Both the position numbers and the translations under genes were made by a program. This document shows, one piece after another, positions 1 to 10,943 of a stretch of 61,707 nt of DNA. The notes beneath the pieces are model-generated. The model ran no database searches. It saw only the letters and a list, made by a program, of their open reading frames with translations, and was not told where the DNA came from. Source of the stretch: Candidatus Heimdallarchaeota archaeon (lineage in GTDB: Archaea; Asgardarchaeota; Heimdallarchaeia; Heimdallarchaeales; Heimdallarchaeaceae). Positions within the stretch are counted from its first letter, which is position 1. Every line of letters begins with the position of its first letter. Where the stretch lies: the NCBI GenBank assembly GCA_016840095.1, contig JAEOSZ010000058.1, positions 1 to 61,707 on the forward strand, in the 5' to 3' direction.

Positions 1-2
1 GA

Positions 3-821
3 AAACCTCTAGCTTCTGAAGGAAAAATGAAATCAATTCAAAATAGTCTTCTAGCTTTGAAAGCTGTTTTGAGTCTTATTATGAACTCCAGTTATGAACA
101 ATTTGTAATTGCTACAGGTGTTCCCATCGCAACTGGAGTTGATGAAAGTAAAGAATTGAGTAGAGGTCTCAAAGGAACTCACGAAATTAAAGTAAGAAAT
201 GATGCAACTGGAGAATCAAAACAAATGAAAATCTTGATCGAACAAGTATTCATTGCACCAGAACCTTACGGAACTTATTGGCACACACTTAAAACAAGTG
301 GAGTTCAAACTGCAGTAGATTCTATAATTGTTGATATAGGTCATGGAACTACTGATATCCTCTGTATGTATAAGGGCAATATGATGAGAGCAGCATCAGG
401 TTCTCTTGAAGAAGCTGTTGATAGTTTGACTAGTGCTCTCTCAAGAGCAATTCAAGAAAAAGCAGGAAAAATAATTCGTCCATTTGACTTAATGACTGCT
501 ATAGAACAAGGCAAGAAGAATATTCTAGTTGGTGGTAAAGCTCTAGATATTGGTCCAGCTATGGATCAAGCTGTTAGTTCAATAGCTGATGTTATTGTTG
601 ATGAAAGCAATCGTCTTCTAAACAATCTCCCTCCAGATGCTTGGATTGAGAAAGTTATTATTTGTGGTGGTGGAGCCCATGTTTTCGGTGATTACTTGAC
701 ACAAGCCTTTTTTGAAGCAAATATTGTCAAAAGCACTAAAGAAGTTCTTCGACCAGAAGATGCTGTAATGTCAAATGCTTTAGGTTTCGAACAAATTGCA
801 TTGACAAAATTAAAGAAGTAA
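3..821 (+). CDS. ParM/StbA/Ta0583-like actin-fold ATPase, 5'-truncated by the window edge
   Basis: Frame is open from position 3 (KPLASEGKM...). Actin-fold motifs: connect PEPYG, phosphate-2 VDIGHGTTD, adenosine CGGGA, C-terminal NALGF. The phosphate-1 motif is presumably upstream of the window. Confidence 0.8.
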   Translation, partial: KPLASEGKMKSIQNSLLALKAVLSLIMNSSYEQFVIATGVPIATGVDESKELSRGLKGTHEIKVRNDATGESKQMKILIEQVFIAPEPYGTYWHTLKTSGVQTAVDSIIVDIGHGTTDILCMYKGNMMRAASGSLEEAVDSLTSALSRAIQEKAGKIIRPFDLMTAIEQGKKNILVGGKALDIGPAMDQAVSSIADVIVDESNRLLNNLPPDAWIEKVIICGGGAHVFGDYLTQAFFEANIVKSTKEVLRPEDAVMSNALGFEQIALTKLKK

Positions 822-833
822 TAAGCACTTAGC

Positions 834-1631
834 TTATTTTTCATTTTTCTTTTCAATTTCTTTATTTTCTTTAGGCCCTAGTTTTAGTTTTTCGTCTAGC
901 TTGATTGCGTAACCTGGACCTGCCATTAGGTAGATTATCATAAGAGTAGCAATTCCATAAGCAGGATAAATCATCCATTCAAATGGAAGAACTGCAAACA
1001 AGACTACAAAAAGTGTTGTGGATACAATCCAAAACATGTCAAATTTTGTTGGAACTCCCTTGAATGATGGGAAAGGTATTTTTGATAACATAAAACCTGA
1101 AATAATAACAGTTGATAACATTACAACCCATTGTAATGTGTCTGGAAAAATAGCTAAACATGCTACTACCATTCCAGCGAAAGGACTTGGTAATCCGTTG
1201 AAATATGGTGTGTAAAGAGGATCTCTTTTTATAAAACGGTATAATCTGAACCAGACTGCTCCTAGATAAACTAATCCAGTAAAAATACCTGCTACAATGT
1301 TCCACCCATAAATAGGCCAAGTAGCAACGTAGTAGCCTAAATAAATAGCTGGGAATATACCAAAAGCTATAGAATCAACAATCGTATCTATATCTACTGC
1401 GAGTTTCTTACTACCACTTATCCTTGCTAATTTCCCATCAGCAAAATCAAAAATTGAACATACTGCCATAATTTTTGCAAACCAGAAATTAAAATTTGTA
1501 GGATTAATGAAAGTAAAAACAATCCCCACAATTGCTAGAACTAAGCTTGAAAAAGTTAGAAAGTTTGCTAAAAACCAAGCAGATTTCTTTATCCAGTTCT
1601 TTTGTAAGAATTCTACATCTTGCCATTCCAT
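834..1631 (-). CDS. pssA: CDP-alcohol phosphatidyltransferase (archaetidylserine/phosphatidylserine synthase)
   Basis: DFADGKLAR...DTIVDSIAFGIFPA motif, FNGLPSP, multiple TM helices; abuts the decarboxylase gene. Confidence 0.85.
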   Translation of the reverse strand: MEWQDVEFLQKNWIKKSAWFLANFLTFSSLVLAIVGIVFTFINPTNFNFWFAKIMAVCSIFDFADGKLARISGSKKLAVDIDTIVDSIAFGIFPAIYLGYYVATWPIYGWNIVAGIFTGLVYLGAVWFRLYRFIKRDPLYTPYFNGLPSPFAGMVVACLAIFPDTLQWVVMLSTVIISGFMLSKIPFPSFKGVPTKFDMFWIVSTTLFVVLFAVLPFEWMIYPAYGIATLMIIYLMAGPGYAIKLDEKLKLGPKENKEIEKKNEK

Positions 1632-2282
1632 TTAATCACATTCAGCTATCACTGTTTTACCAGCTCTTACAATATCAGACAATCCAACTTTGAATTTAAA
1701 ACTTTTATCACTAATAATTTCAAGACTAGTCAAAGAACCAAATCTGATTGTTCCTATTACTTCTCCTTGAGTGACTTCATCTCCTTCATTCACATAAGAG
1801 ATTGTTCTTCTAGCAAAGATTCCAGATACTTGAGTAACTACTCCTTTAATGTTCTCTGTCTCATCAGATATACCTATTCTATTCCTTTGATTTCTCTTTG
1901 CATATTCAGGGAAGTAAGCTGGCCAATGAGATCCTTTCTTAAAATCTACTTCAGTTACCTTTCCTTTAATTGGGCTTCGAGTCATGTGTACATCAAATGG
2001 TGACATCCTAATGACACAATATATTCTTCCTTTTTCCTCTTCCAATTCCATTACTCTACCATCAGCTGGAGCTAGAATTTTCTTGATATCTGTATCTATT
2101 AATCTTTCAGGATCACGGAAAGACCAAATAATGAAAGAGCATGAAATAATAATTAAACCAAGAATAATGAAATGCCAATAGAAATCAGTAAAATACCATA
2201 TCACAAATGACAGAATTATACTTAGTAAAGAAAACGCTAGTGATAGCCAGACAATAAATTTAGTTCCTTGTGCTATAGTCAT
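1632..2282 (-). CDS. psd: Phosphatidylserine/archaetidylserine decarboxylase proenzyme
   Basis: FRDPER, APADG, SPFDVH, RNQRN and the self-cleavage motif IRFGS; two N-terminal TM helices. Confidence 0.9.
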   Translation of the reverse strand: MTIAQGTKFIVWLSLAFSLLSIILSFVIWYFTDFYWHFIILGLIIISCSFIIWSFRDPERLIDTDIKKILAPADGRVMELEEEKGRIYCVIRMSPFDVHMTRSPIKGKVTEVDFKKGSHWPAYFPEYAKRNQRNRIGISDETENIKGVVTQVSGIFARRTISYVNEGDEVTQGEVIGTIRFGSLTSLEIISDKSFKFKVGLSDIVRAGKTVIAECD

Positions 2283-2387
2283 TTGAATACATATACTTCC
2301 TTGTACAATTATACATACTAGAATTTCAAGAGAATAAAAGAAAAAAACGTTAAAAATGTTTGCTAAAGGAAGAAAAAAGAGGAAAAA

Positions 2388-5384
2388 CTAGTTTTTCCTT
2401 CTTCTAATTATAGTAACCATTGCTGCAAGTGAAGCCAAACTAGCCAGTATAGCAACCGTTGAAAATGGAGTCTTAACTTTCTTTGTTGGAATAAGATAAG
2501 TACTTTCAACTAGGTTGTTTGCTGCGTCTTTAGCAACCACGACTAGTTCATTAACATCTTCAGTAAGTTTAGATCCTAGTACTGAAAAAGTTCTTACTTT
2601 TCCTGCACCTGATACTCCAATATAACCTCCATTAAGTGTAGCACTTGCAGTTGCAATATCTGTAGTTGTATCTTCAATTTTGAAATCTATTCTACCTATT
2701 TCTGGAACGGTATAGTTTGTCCAAGCAGATTCAATAGTGATTACAGGAGGATTTGTATCAAAGAGGAACTTTTGCATCCACTTGTCATCTGCAGTTTCAA
2801 GAGTGAGAGTGTAGATTCCTTCATCTGAGTAAGTGATTCTGTAACTATATTGTCCTCCACCTAGATCTGTCAAAGTAACAGCTTGTGATGTTGTTCCTGT
2901 TGAATCCTCGAATGCGAGATTAGCTGTAGGAACTGCCAGAGCTAACGAATCAATGTTTACTGTTACGCCTGTTGCATCTTCAACATATTGTACATAGAGT
3001 TGCTCTTCAGCAATTAACCAGTTGATAATGTTAGTACAGAATAAATTATTCTGTGTTCCAGTATTATATAGGTCGGGGAATCCCATTGTGTCAAGAATGA
3101 AGTTTGTTCCAGAAACCCACACTCTTCCTCCTGCAGAATTCTCCCAAATTGCTTGTGTTGCTTCTCCTCCATATTTGGCTAAAGCAATAGCATCACCTGT
3201 AACAGATAATGTTCCACCAAAGTGATCAATGGAATTAACTCCATCAGTAACAGCATGGAAACCAGATATTGCTATCTTTGTTGTTACCTCAGTCTCAAAA
3301 GGCACACTCATTGCTTCAATTCCATATGGAGAGATAAGATTATTAGTTACTGTAACATTAGTTCCCCATTCGACTGGTTCTCCAAGAAACTCGTCCTCCT
3401 CGTAACCATTGAAGTCTATCATCATTCCTCCTCCACCTGCAATGAAGTTTTGGATTGCCGTGATTTCACTAGCAGTTATTTCTACAGCACCTCCCATACC
3501 AGTTTCTGTGAAATTTAATGTATTTCCAAAAGGATCTGGGAGCCAAATAGCATCATATTGATTTAGTAATTCTTCAGTAATTACGTTTTCTTCTCCAGTA
3601 ATATTGAATAAACCGTATTCATTGAGAGCTATACCATTTGCACTCAAGTAATCTGTTACTAATCTATATTGACCATAAAGTCCATCTTGTGCCCAATTTG
3701 TGAATAATCTAGCATAGAGGATTTTTGCAATACCAGCTTCGACAGTAATTTCTAACTGTGTAGTGGCAGTTACTCCTGCAGCTGTCTCGAAAGTGACTGT
3801 ACCTGTATAAACTCCTAGAACTGCATCATCTGGAACGTTTACAGCTAAGTAATAATTCTTTGTCCATGGACCAGTTAGGGCAGTTGTATTGAGATCTGCA
3901 ATGGCTGTAATGTTACCACTTAAAACTGGTGCTATGTCATTCCATGGAGTTGAAGAAACTGATTGAACCTTCATTTCTGAATGATATCCTTGTAGTACTG
4001 TTTGATGAGTTGACATTAAATCTGGGCGTGCATAAAGAATTGTTGGAAATCCTGAACCATTTGTTGGAGCTGATTGAATTGCAGTTAAAGCGCTTCCGAA
4101 ATTTGCTAATCCTGCGCCCCATTTCAACCAATCATTACTACCTAGGTTGGCTGTTTTCATAAGAGCTGCTTTAATCAGACCTACATCGTAGGGTATTGCT
4201 AGAGTTTTCAGAGCCTCAATTAAACAAAGAACTCCTCCGGCAATATGTGGAGCGGCCATTGAAGTACCACTAATTGTGTTATATGCTGTAGAGCTTCCTA
4301 CCCAGCAGCTTGTAATATCCTCGCCTGGAGCTGCTATGTCTGGTTTTGGGAAATTTTCTGCAGTTGGTCCAAAAGAACTATGACCATAGGCTCCTCCAGT
4401 AACAGTAGTACCTGCAACTTGTATTGCATTAGGTGCAGTTCCTGGAGAGCTTAATGATCCATATCCACTTGAAGCTTCATTACCCGCTGAACAAACTACA
4501 ACTACTCCTTGGGCACTCATCTCCTCAACTACTAGTTCTGTAAGTTCTAAACCTTCAGAATCTCCACCACCCCAACTTATGTTGATGACATCCATACCAA
4601 TAGTTAATCCATAATTCATAGCGGCAATTGCTGCTAAGAAATAAACTGATCGTCCTGGACCACCTATTTTTGTTACTAGAATATCTGCATCAGGAGCCAT
4701 ACCTATATTTGCTGAATTAGCTATACCTGCACCAGCAGCTGTTCCAGCTGTGTGAGTACCATGACCATTTGCATCTTCTATATCATATTCATTAACATCT
4801 GAACCATATATCTTTAGATTGAATGATTCACTTTCTGGCATAATTCTATCCTCAAAATCGACATGATTTGTGTTAATTCCAGTATCTGTATCTAAGAGTA
4901 CAGTGTTATTACCAGTGTAACCAAGAGCCCAAAGTGCATCAATGTTGATTAAATCTCTTGTTTGAACTGTTTGCTTCATACCGTATTCCACTACTTCATT
5001 CTCTCCTGGAGGGTCGATGAAATAGAGATTGGAATTAGTAACATCAAAAACTCGTTTTACTCCTTCTATTTTATTGTAGTTTTGTTTTGTACTCAGATAA
5101 TCGTCAAGAGCTATCATCCTGAGTTTTGAAAAAGTCAAGTCTTTAACAGGATTATAGATATCTACAAATTTATTGAATGAGCTAGTGTCTTCAAAATATA
5201 AAACAAAAGTTCTCATTGAATCAACAAATTGATAACTTGATGAATCTGAAACTACTTCTACTTCCATTCTCTCATAACTCACTGAATCAAATGAAAATAT
5301 CGTCATAGAGCCCATTTGAACCATGAGTAAAGAGAATAGAATTATTGTTGAAATTATAATTGCTTTTCGTTTCATAGAATCCAC
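2388..5384 (-). CDS. Membrane-anchored S8 subtilase with site-1-protease (MBTPS1)-like architecture
   Basis: Signal peptide, catalytic triad DTG / HGTHTAG / GTSMAAP, oxyanion AGNE, a GATase-like accessory domain, and a C-terminal TPF-hydrophobic-RRRKN anchor. Confidence 0.85.
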   Translation of the reverse strand: MDSMKRKAIIISTIILFSLLMVQMGSMTIFSFDSVSYERMEVEVVSDSSSYQFVDSMRTFVLYFEDTSSFNKFVDIYNPVKDLTFSKLRMIALDDYLSTKQNYNKIEGVKRVFDVTNSNLYFIDPPGENEVVEYGMKQTVQTRDLINIDALWALGYTGNNTVLLDTDTGINTNHVDFEDRIMPESESFNLKIYGSDVNEYDIEDANGHGTHTAGTAAGAGIANSANIGMAPDADILVTKIGGPGRSVYFLAAIAAMNYGLTIGMDVINISWGGGDSEGLELTELVVEEMSAQGVVVVCSAGNEASSGYGSLSSPGTAPNAIQVAGTTVTGGAYGHSSFGPTAENFPKPDIAAPGEDITSCWVGSSTAYNTISGTSMAAPHIAGGVLCLIEALKTLAIPYDVGLIKAALMKTANLGSNDWLKWGAGLANFGSALTAIQSAPTNGSGFPTILYARPDLMSTHQTVLQGYHSEMKVQSVSSTPWNDIAPVLSGNITAIADLNTTALTGPWTKNYYLAVNVPDDAVLGVYTGTVTFETAAGVTATTQLEITVEAGIAKILYARLFTNWAQDGLYGQYRLVTDYLSANGIALNEYGLFNITGEENVITEELLNQYDAIWLPDPFGNTLNFTETGMGGAVEITASEITAIQNFIAGGGGMMIDFNGYEEDEFLGEPVEWGTNVTVTNNLISPYGIEAMSVPFETEVTTKIAISGFHAVTDGVNSIDHFGGTLSVTGDAIALAKYGGEATQAIWENSAGGRVWVSGTNFILDTMGFPDLYNTGTQNNLFCTNIINWLIAEEQLYVQYVEDATGVTVNIDSLALAVPTANLAFEDSTGTTSQAVTLTDLGGGQYSYRITYSDEGIYTLTLETADDKWMQKFLFDTNPPVITIESAWTNYTVPEIGRIDFKIEDTTTDIATASATLNGGYIGVSGAGKVRTFSVLGSKLTEDVNELVVVAKDAANNLVESTYLIPTKKVKTPFSTVAILASLASLAAMVTIIRRRKN

Positions 5385-5515
5385 TATTTCAATCTAATAC
5401 ATAAATTTTGTTGAATACTATGTGTAAAAAAGTGTGTACTCGTGCATGTTTATACTAAAACTCTTATTAATTTCCAAACTATGTTTTTGACAGAAATGAG
5501 AATAAGTGAATAAGA

Positions 5516-6358
5516 ATGGAAATCAGAGAAAAAATCCCTCTCTTTCAGTTAGATTCCTTTAGTAATGAAGCATTTAGAGGAAATCCAGCTGCCGTGTGTT
5601 TAATAACAGAGGAATATGAGGATACAATCCTTCAAAAAATAGCAGCAGAGATGAATCTCTCTGAAACAGCTTTCATTTATGTAGAAGATTTTGACAAACT
5701 AGTTGATTCAGATACTTTCAGACTTAGATGGTTCACTCCTCAGATAGAAGTAAATCTGTGTGGTCATGCTACACTAGCATCAGCAGCTGTTTTGTTCAAT
5801 GAATATCAATTAAAAAGTGATCTTATTAAGTTTAAAACTTTGAGTGGAGAATTATTCGCAAGAAAGGTTGATGAGAAAATACAATTGAATTTTCCTTCAA
5901 CTGAAACAGAATCAATTGAACCTAATAATTCAATGCTTGAAGCACTTGGAATTGATGATTTTGAAGCATATACTTATTCAGAGGTTAGTCAAGATTTATT
6001 GATTCAAGTTAAAGAGTTAAACATTGTGAAGAACCTAACACCAGATTTCAGTGCAATGAAAGCAATAGACAATGAACAAAGAGTAAGAGGTGTAATTGTA
6101 ACATCTATTGGAGATAATACTTGCGATTTTGTTTCTAGATTTTTTGCTCCATGGGTGGGTATTAATGAGGATCCTGTAACTGGATCAGCTCATACACAGC
6201 TCCAACCATACTGGTCAAAGATATTGGGTAAAAATGAAATGAAGGCAAAACAAATCTCTAATCGAGGAGGAGAAGTTACTGTAAGAGCAACCCAAAATAA
6301 TAGAGTTGAAATAGAAGGAGATGCAAAGTTAGTACTCAAAGGGAATTTGTTCTTTTAG
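5516..6358 (+). CDS. PhzF-family isomerase
   Basis: GNPAAV, EMNLSETAF, RWFTPxxEVNLCGHATLA and EDPVTGSA motifs. Confidence 0.92.
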   Translation: MEIREKIPLFQLDSFSNEAFRGNPAAVCLITEEYEDTILQKIAAEMNLSETAFIYVEDFDKLVDSDTFRLRWFTPQIEVNLCGHATLASAAVLFNEYQLKSDLIKFKTLSGELFARKVDEKIQLNFPSTETESIEPNNSMLEALGIDDFEAYTYSEVSQDLLIQVKELNIVKNLTPDFSAMKAIDNEQRVRGVIVTSIGDNTCDFVSRFFAPWVGINEDPVTGSAHTQLQPYWSKILGKNEMKAKQISNRGGEVTVRATQNNRVEIEGDAKLVLKGNLFF

Positions 6359-6408
6359 TGCAGTTGATTTTGTATCAATTTAATATACTTCCTTTTTAAA
6401 TAACTGAG

Positions 6409-6433
6409 TGAAACATTGTGAATCAATGTTTCA
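6409..6433. promoter_or_regulatory. Perfect inverted repeat TGAAACATTG-N5-CAATGTTTCA (operator or hairpin)
   Basis: 10-bp perfect arms read directly from the 257-bp intergenic region upstream of the SDR gene. Confidence 0.5.
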
Positions 6434-6615
6434 ATAGTATAGGCGAATAACTAATACATTAATTAACTGTAATGGTAAAAAAACTGTTGAAATCTGTATT
6501 TCTGAACCTTGAAAACGCATTTTGTTGTAATTCTAAAAAATTAGAAATACATTTTTCCGTTCTTATAAATTCGTTTCACTGAACTGTATATAACTGCCGA
6601 TGTATCTGTTAACTT

Positions 6616-7638
6616 ATGAGAGTCTTACTCACTGGGGCATTTGGAAATGTGGGACAAAGTACTTTAGAGGTTTTACTTAGAAAGAAGTATTTTGTACGAT
6701 GTTTTGACTTAAAGAATCCTCGGAATCTGAAAATAGAAAAGAAGATGAAAAAACTAGGGGAGTTTGAAACCATCTGGGGAGATATTCGTGATTCAAGTAT
6801 ATCTGATGACTTGGTTAAAAATATAGATGTAATTATTCATCTAGCTGCAATTATACCTCCGTTAGCATATGAACAACCGGAATTAGCATATGCAGTAAAT
6901 GTTGGAGGTGCAACTAACATCTTACGTGCAGCAGAGGGCTTGAAAACACCTCCAAAATTGATTTACGCATCATCAATTGCAGTTCATGGTAACAGGATGG
7001 AATTTGAACCTCCTACTCAAATATCTGATCCTTTGATACCTCTTGATTATGATAATTATGCTCAACATAAAATGGAGATGGAAGAGAAAATAACAAAGAG
7101 CAATATATCGTGGACTATCCTGCGGTTTGCTGCAATTACTCCTTTTGAAATGGGGTGGAACGTTCCTGATATAATGTACGAAATTCCTCTGAAGCAAAGG
7201 ATAGAAGTTGCTGATACAAGAGATGTAGGTTTAGCATGTGCAAATGCTGTCGAAGTTGATACAGCTGGAAAAATTCTCTTTATTGGTGGTGGAATAGGGA
7301 ATCAGTTATACCAATTAGATTATGTTTCAAAAATGCTAGAAGCTCTAGGAATTGGTATGCTACCAGAAGAAGCATTCAAACCAGCAAAAAGTGTCGAAGA
7401 TTACTATCACTGTGATTGGATGAATACAGATGAAGCACAAAAATTACTAAAATTCCAAAGATACTCTTTTGAAGATTTTATCAGAGTATTCAAGAAGAAA
7501 ATTGGCTTCAAAAGATTTCTAGTAAAACTGTTTAAACCAACAGTTCGAGGAATTTTGTTAAGTAAATCCCCCTATTATAAAAAACAGAAAAAGAAACATT
7601 CTCATTATGATTCCAAAGGAAAACCATCCTTTGGTTAA
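6616..7638 (+). CDS. Extended SDR, NAD-dependent epimerase/dehydratase
   Basis: TGAFGNVG Rossmann motif, IHLAAI, YASS, YAQHK (YxxxK). Confidence 0.88.
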   Translation: MRVLLTGAFGNVGQSTLEVLLRKKYFVRCFDLKNPRNLKIEKKMKKLGEFETIWGDIRDSSISDDLVKNIDVIIHLAAIIPPLAYEQPELAYAVNVGGATNILRAAEGLKTPPKLIYASSIAVHGNRMEFEPPTQISDPLIPLDYDNYAQHKMEMEEKITKSNISWTILRFAAITPFEMGWNVPDIMYEIPLKQRIEVADTRDVGLACANAVEVDTAGKILFIGGGIGNQLYQLDYVSKMLEALGIGMLPEEAFKPAKSVEDYYHCDWMNTDEAQKLLKFQRYSFEDFIRVFKKKIGFKRFLVKLFKPTVRGILLSKSPYYKKQKKKHSHYDSKGKPSFG

Positions 7639-7750
7639 TTTTTTTTTCAATGGTAAGATATATATATCACTATTTGGCATCTAATTCAACAAAGCTAGTT
7701 TGAGTAACAGCTAATATTTCATAAAAACTATGTACCTAAATGGTGATAAA

Positions 7751-9637
7751 ATGAGCAAAGAAACAAAAAAAGAACTTGTTGTTGGAATTGATTTAGGAAC
7801 AACTAACTCAGGTATAGCATACATGGTAGCAGGTAAACCAGAGATTATTCCAAATATTGAAGGTGGAAGAATCACACCTAGTGTAATAACCTTCAATGAA
7901 GATGGAACTCGCACAGTAGGAATACAAGCTAAAAGACAAGCTATAGCCATGCCTGATCGAACAATAAGAAGTATAAAACGAAAAATGGGTACTGATTTTA
8001 AGTTTACAGTAGATGGTAAAGATCTTCGTCCAGAAGAAATTTCTGCTATGATACTATCAAAATTAAAAGAAGATGCTGAAGCTTATCTCAATCAAAAAAT
8101 TGAGAAGGCTGTAATAACTGTCCCAGCTTATTTCAGTGATTCACAGAGACAAGCTACAAAGGATGCAGGAGAAATAGCTGGTTTGGAAGTTTTGCGAATT
8201 GTAAATGAGCCAACTGCTAGTGCTCTTGCTTATGGTTTAGATAAAGCAGGTGCAGAAAGAGTTTTGGTATTTGATCTTGGAGGTGGAACCTTTGATGTTT
8301 CAATACTTGAACTTGATGAGGGATTATTTAGGGTAATCGCTACATCAGGAAACAATCTTCTAGGAGGAGATGATTGGGATCAAAGAATTATAGATCACAT
8401 TACTGAAGAATTCAAAAAGAAAGAAGGAATTGATTTAGCCAAAGATTCCAAAGTAGTTCAAAGACTAAAGGATGCTGCAGAGGAAGCTAAAATTGAATTA
8501 ACATCCAAATTAAGCACAAAGATTAGCCTACCTTATATTACTGCTGATGCTTCAGGTCCAAAACATCTTGAAATGGAACTTTCAAGAGCCAAATTTGAAG
8601 ATATGACTAAAGACTTAGTTGAGAAATGTGCAGGTCCTTCTAGACAAGCAATGAAGGATGGTAATATCAAACCTGGAGATCTTGACAAAGTAATCTTAGT
8701 TGGGGGTGCAACCCGAATGCCAATGATTAGAGATATGTCTAAGGAATTATTCGGAAAAGAACCTCACAAAGGTGTAGCTCCAGAAGAAGTTGTTGCATTA
8801 GGTGCAGCTGTTCAAGCAGCTGTTCTGGCTGGAGAAGTTAAAGACATTTTACTATTAGACGTAACTCCTCTAACATTAGGTGTAGAAACATTAGGTCAAG
8901 TTATGACTCCTATGATTGATAGAAACACAACTATTCCAGTTACAAAGAAGAAAGTTTACACAACAGCTGGAGATATGCAAACCTCAGTTGAAATTCATGT
9001 TCTTCAAGGAGAAAGAACAATGGCAGCTGATAATATTACACTTGGACAATTCCAGTTGGTAGGAATACCACCTGCACCTCGAGGAGTACCTCAAATTGAG
9101 GTTTCATTTGATATAGATGCAAATGGTATTTTACAGGTAGCTGCTAAGGATCTAGGCACTGGAAAAGAACAGACTGTAGTTATACAATCTTCACATTTAT
9201 CAGATGATGATATTGACAAGATGAAAAACGATGCAGAAAAATACAAGGAAGAAGATGAAAAGCGAAAAGCTATTATTGAAGCTAAGAATACTGCAGAACA
9301 AGCAATCTATTCGACTGAAAAAACAATCAAGGATCTTGGAGATAAAGTATCTGACAGTGAGAAGAAATCATTAGAGGAGAAAATGGAAGAACTGAAAAAA
9401 GAAGCTGAGACTGAAGATGCTGAAAAGATAAAAGCAAAAACAGATGAGCTTATGCAAGTAGTGATGCAAATTTCTCAAAGAATTTATCAAGAAACTGGAC
9501 AAGCTCCTGGTGCAGAACAACCAGAAGGTCAATATGGTCCTGGTGCTCCAGAAGCTCCTAGTGCTCCAACTCAACATGATATAGACGAAGAACAAGTTAT
9601 CGATGTGGATTATGAACCTGTAGAGGATGATGAATAG
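7751..9637 (+). CDS. dnaK: Chaperone DnaK (Hsp70)
   Basis: [40 protein letters not shown]. The ATG at 7751 follows a GGTGA SD-like element; the ORF track starts at 7730. Confidence 0.97.
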   Translation: MSKETKKELVVGIDLGTTNSGIAYMVAGKPEIIPNIEGGRITPSVITFNEDGTRTVGIQAKRQAIAMPDRTIRSIKRKMGTDFKFTVDGKDLRPEEISAMILSKLKEDAEAYLNQKIEKAVITVPAYFSDSQRQATKDAGEIAGLEVLRIVNEPTASALAYGLDKAGAERVLVFDLGGGTFDVSILELDEGLFRVIATSGNNLLGGDDWDQRIIDHITEEFKKKEGIDLAKDSKVVQRLKDAAEEAKIELTSKLSTKISLPYITADASGPKHLEMELSRAKFEDMTKDLVEKCAGPSRQAMKDGNIKPGDLDKVILVGGATRMPMIRDMSKELFGKEPHKGVAPEEVVALGAAVQAAVLAGEVKDILLLDVTPLTLGVETLGQVMTPMIDRNTTIPVTKKKVYTTAGDMQTSVEIHVLQGERTMAADNITLGQFQLVGIPPAPRGVPQIEVSFDIDANGILQVAAKDLGTGKEQTVVIQSSHLSDDDIDKMKNDAEKYKEEDEKRKAIIEAKNTAEQAIYSTEKTIKDLGDKVSDSEKKSLEEKMEELKKEAETEDAEKIKAKTDELMQVVMQISQRIYQETGQAPGAEQPEGQYGPGAPEAPSAPTQHDIDEEQVIDVDYEPVEDDE

Positions 9638-9659
9638 AATCATCACTCTAACCGATAAC

Positions 9660-9695
9660 ATTTTTATTCCCTTTTTATTTTTTATTTTGTTTGCT
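9660..9695 (+). terminator. T-rich putative archaeal terminator between dnaK and dnaJ
   Basis: Several oligo-T runs just after the dnaK stop. Confidence 0.4.
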
Positions 9696-9718
9696 TCTAA
9701 AATGGAAGAGGTCAAATC

Positions 9719-10891
9719 ATGTCACAAAAAAGAGATTACTACGAAGTACTGGGTGTATCTAAGGATGCATCAGAAGATGAGATCAAAAAAGCTTTCAGAA
9801 AGTTAGCAATGGAATATCATCCTGATAGGAATCCAGACAATCCAGATGCTGCAGAGAAATTTAAAGAAGCCACAGAAGCTTATGATATTCTATCCAACGA
9901 TGAAAAAAGAAATTCATATGATCGATTTGGTTTTTCAGGAGTTCATTCCGATTTCTCTTCAGTAAATTCAGGTGATTTCTCAACAATTTCTGATTTGTTT
10001 TCATCACTCTTTAGAGATGATTTCATGGGAGATGACCTTTTCAGTCAATTTTTTGGAGGCAGACGTAGATCTAGACCTTCAGGACCTCAAAAAGGATCAG
10101 ACCTACTAATGAACTATCAAATTACCTTCATTGAAGCTCTATATGGAACTAAGAAAGTTGTAGAAGTTCCAATTAAGAAAGAATGTGAATCATGTAAAGG
10201 AAGCGGAGCACATGAAGGAACTCAACCAAAGAAATGCGATAGCTGCCAAGGTCAAGGTGTTGAAACAGTAACAAGACAAATGGGTTTCACACGATACATC
10301 TCTCAACAAGCTTGTAGCAAATGTCAAGGCACAGGAGAAATAATCGACAAACCATGTAAAACATGCAAAGGTTCAGGTAGATCTAAAGAGAATGAGAGAT
10401 TGAAACTTGAAATTCCTCCTGGTGTTGATTCTGGATTTAGATTAAGGATTCGTAACAAGGGGGAAGAAGGAAGATTAGGAGGTTCAAGAGGTGATCTTCA
10501 AATTCGATTATTAGTTGAACCTCATTCTTTTTACAAGAGACAAGCTGACAATATCATTGTGGAAATAGATATTCCTTACCCATTAGCAATTCTTGGTGGA
10601 GAACTTGTTGTTCCTACACCATACGGTCCAGAAAAAGTAAAAATACCAAGGAAAACAAAAGAAGGTAGTGTACTTCGATTACAGAGAAAAGGTATTCAAA
10701 GAAAAACACAATATGGAATGAATTACGGAGATTTCTTAATTGTAGTTCATTATTCAGTTCCTGAAAGAATATCTGAAGAAGAGAAAGCAAAATTAACCGA
10801 ATTGAATGAAATTATGAAAATACCTTCTAAACAATCAAAAATGTTTGATGAGCTTATCAAAGAAGCTAAAGAGAATAAAGTAGACTACTAA
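9719..10891 (+). CDS. dnaJ: Chaperone DnaJ
   Basis: J domain with HPD, G/F-rich region, four CxxCxGxG zinc repeats. Confidence 0.97.
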   Translation: MSQKRDYYEVLGVSKDASEDEIKKAFRKLAMEYHPDRNPDNPDAAEKFKEATEAYDILSNDEKRNSYDRFGFSGVHSDFSSVNSGDFSTISDLFSSLFRDDFMGDDLFSQFFGGRRRSRPSGPQKGSDLLMNYQITFIEALYGTKKVVEVPIKKECESCKGSGAHEGTQPKKCDSCQGQGVETVTRQMGFTRYISQQACSKCQGTGEIIDKPCKTCKGSGRSKENERLKLEIPPGVDSGFRLRIRNKGEEGRLGGSRGDLQIRLLVEPHSFYKRQADNIIVEIDIPYPLAILGGELVVPTPYGPEKVKIPRKTKEGSVLRLQRKGIQRKTQYGMNYGDFLIVVHYSVPERISEEEKAKLTELNEIMKIPSKQSKMFDELIKEAKENKVDY

Positions 10892-10943
10892 GTTGTTCCC
10901 TTTGTAGATACTTTTTTAATTTCTATTCTTCTATTATTTACTA

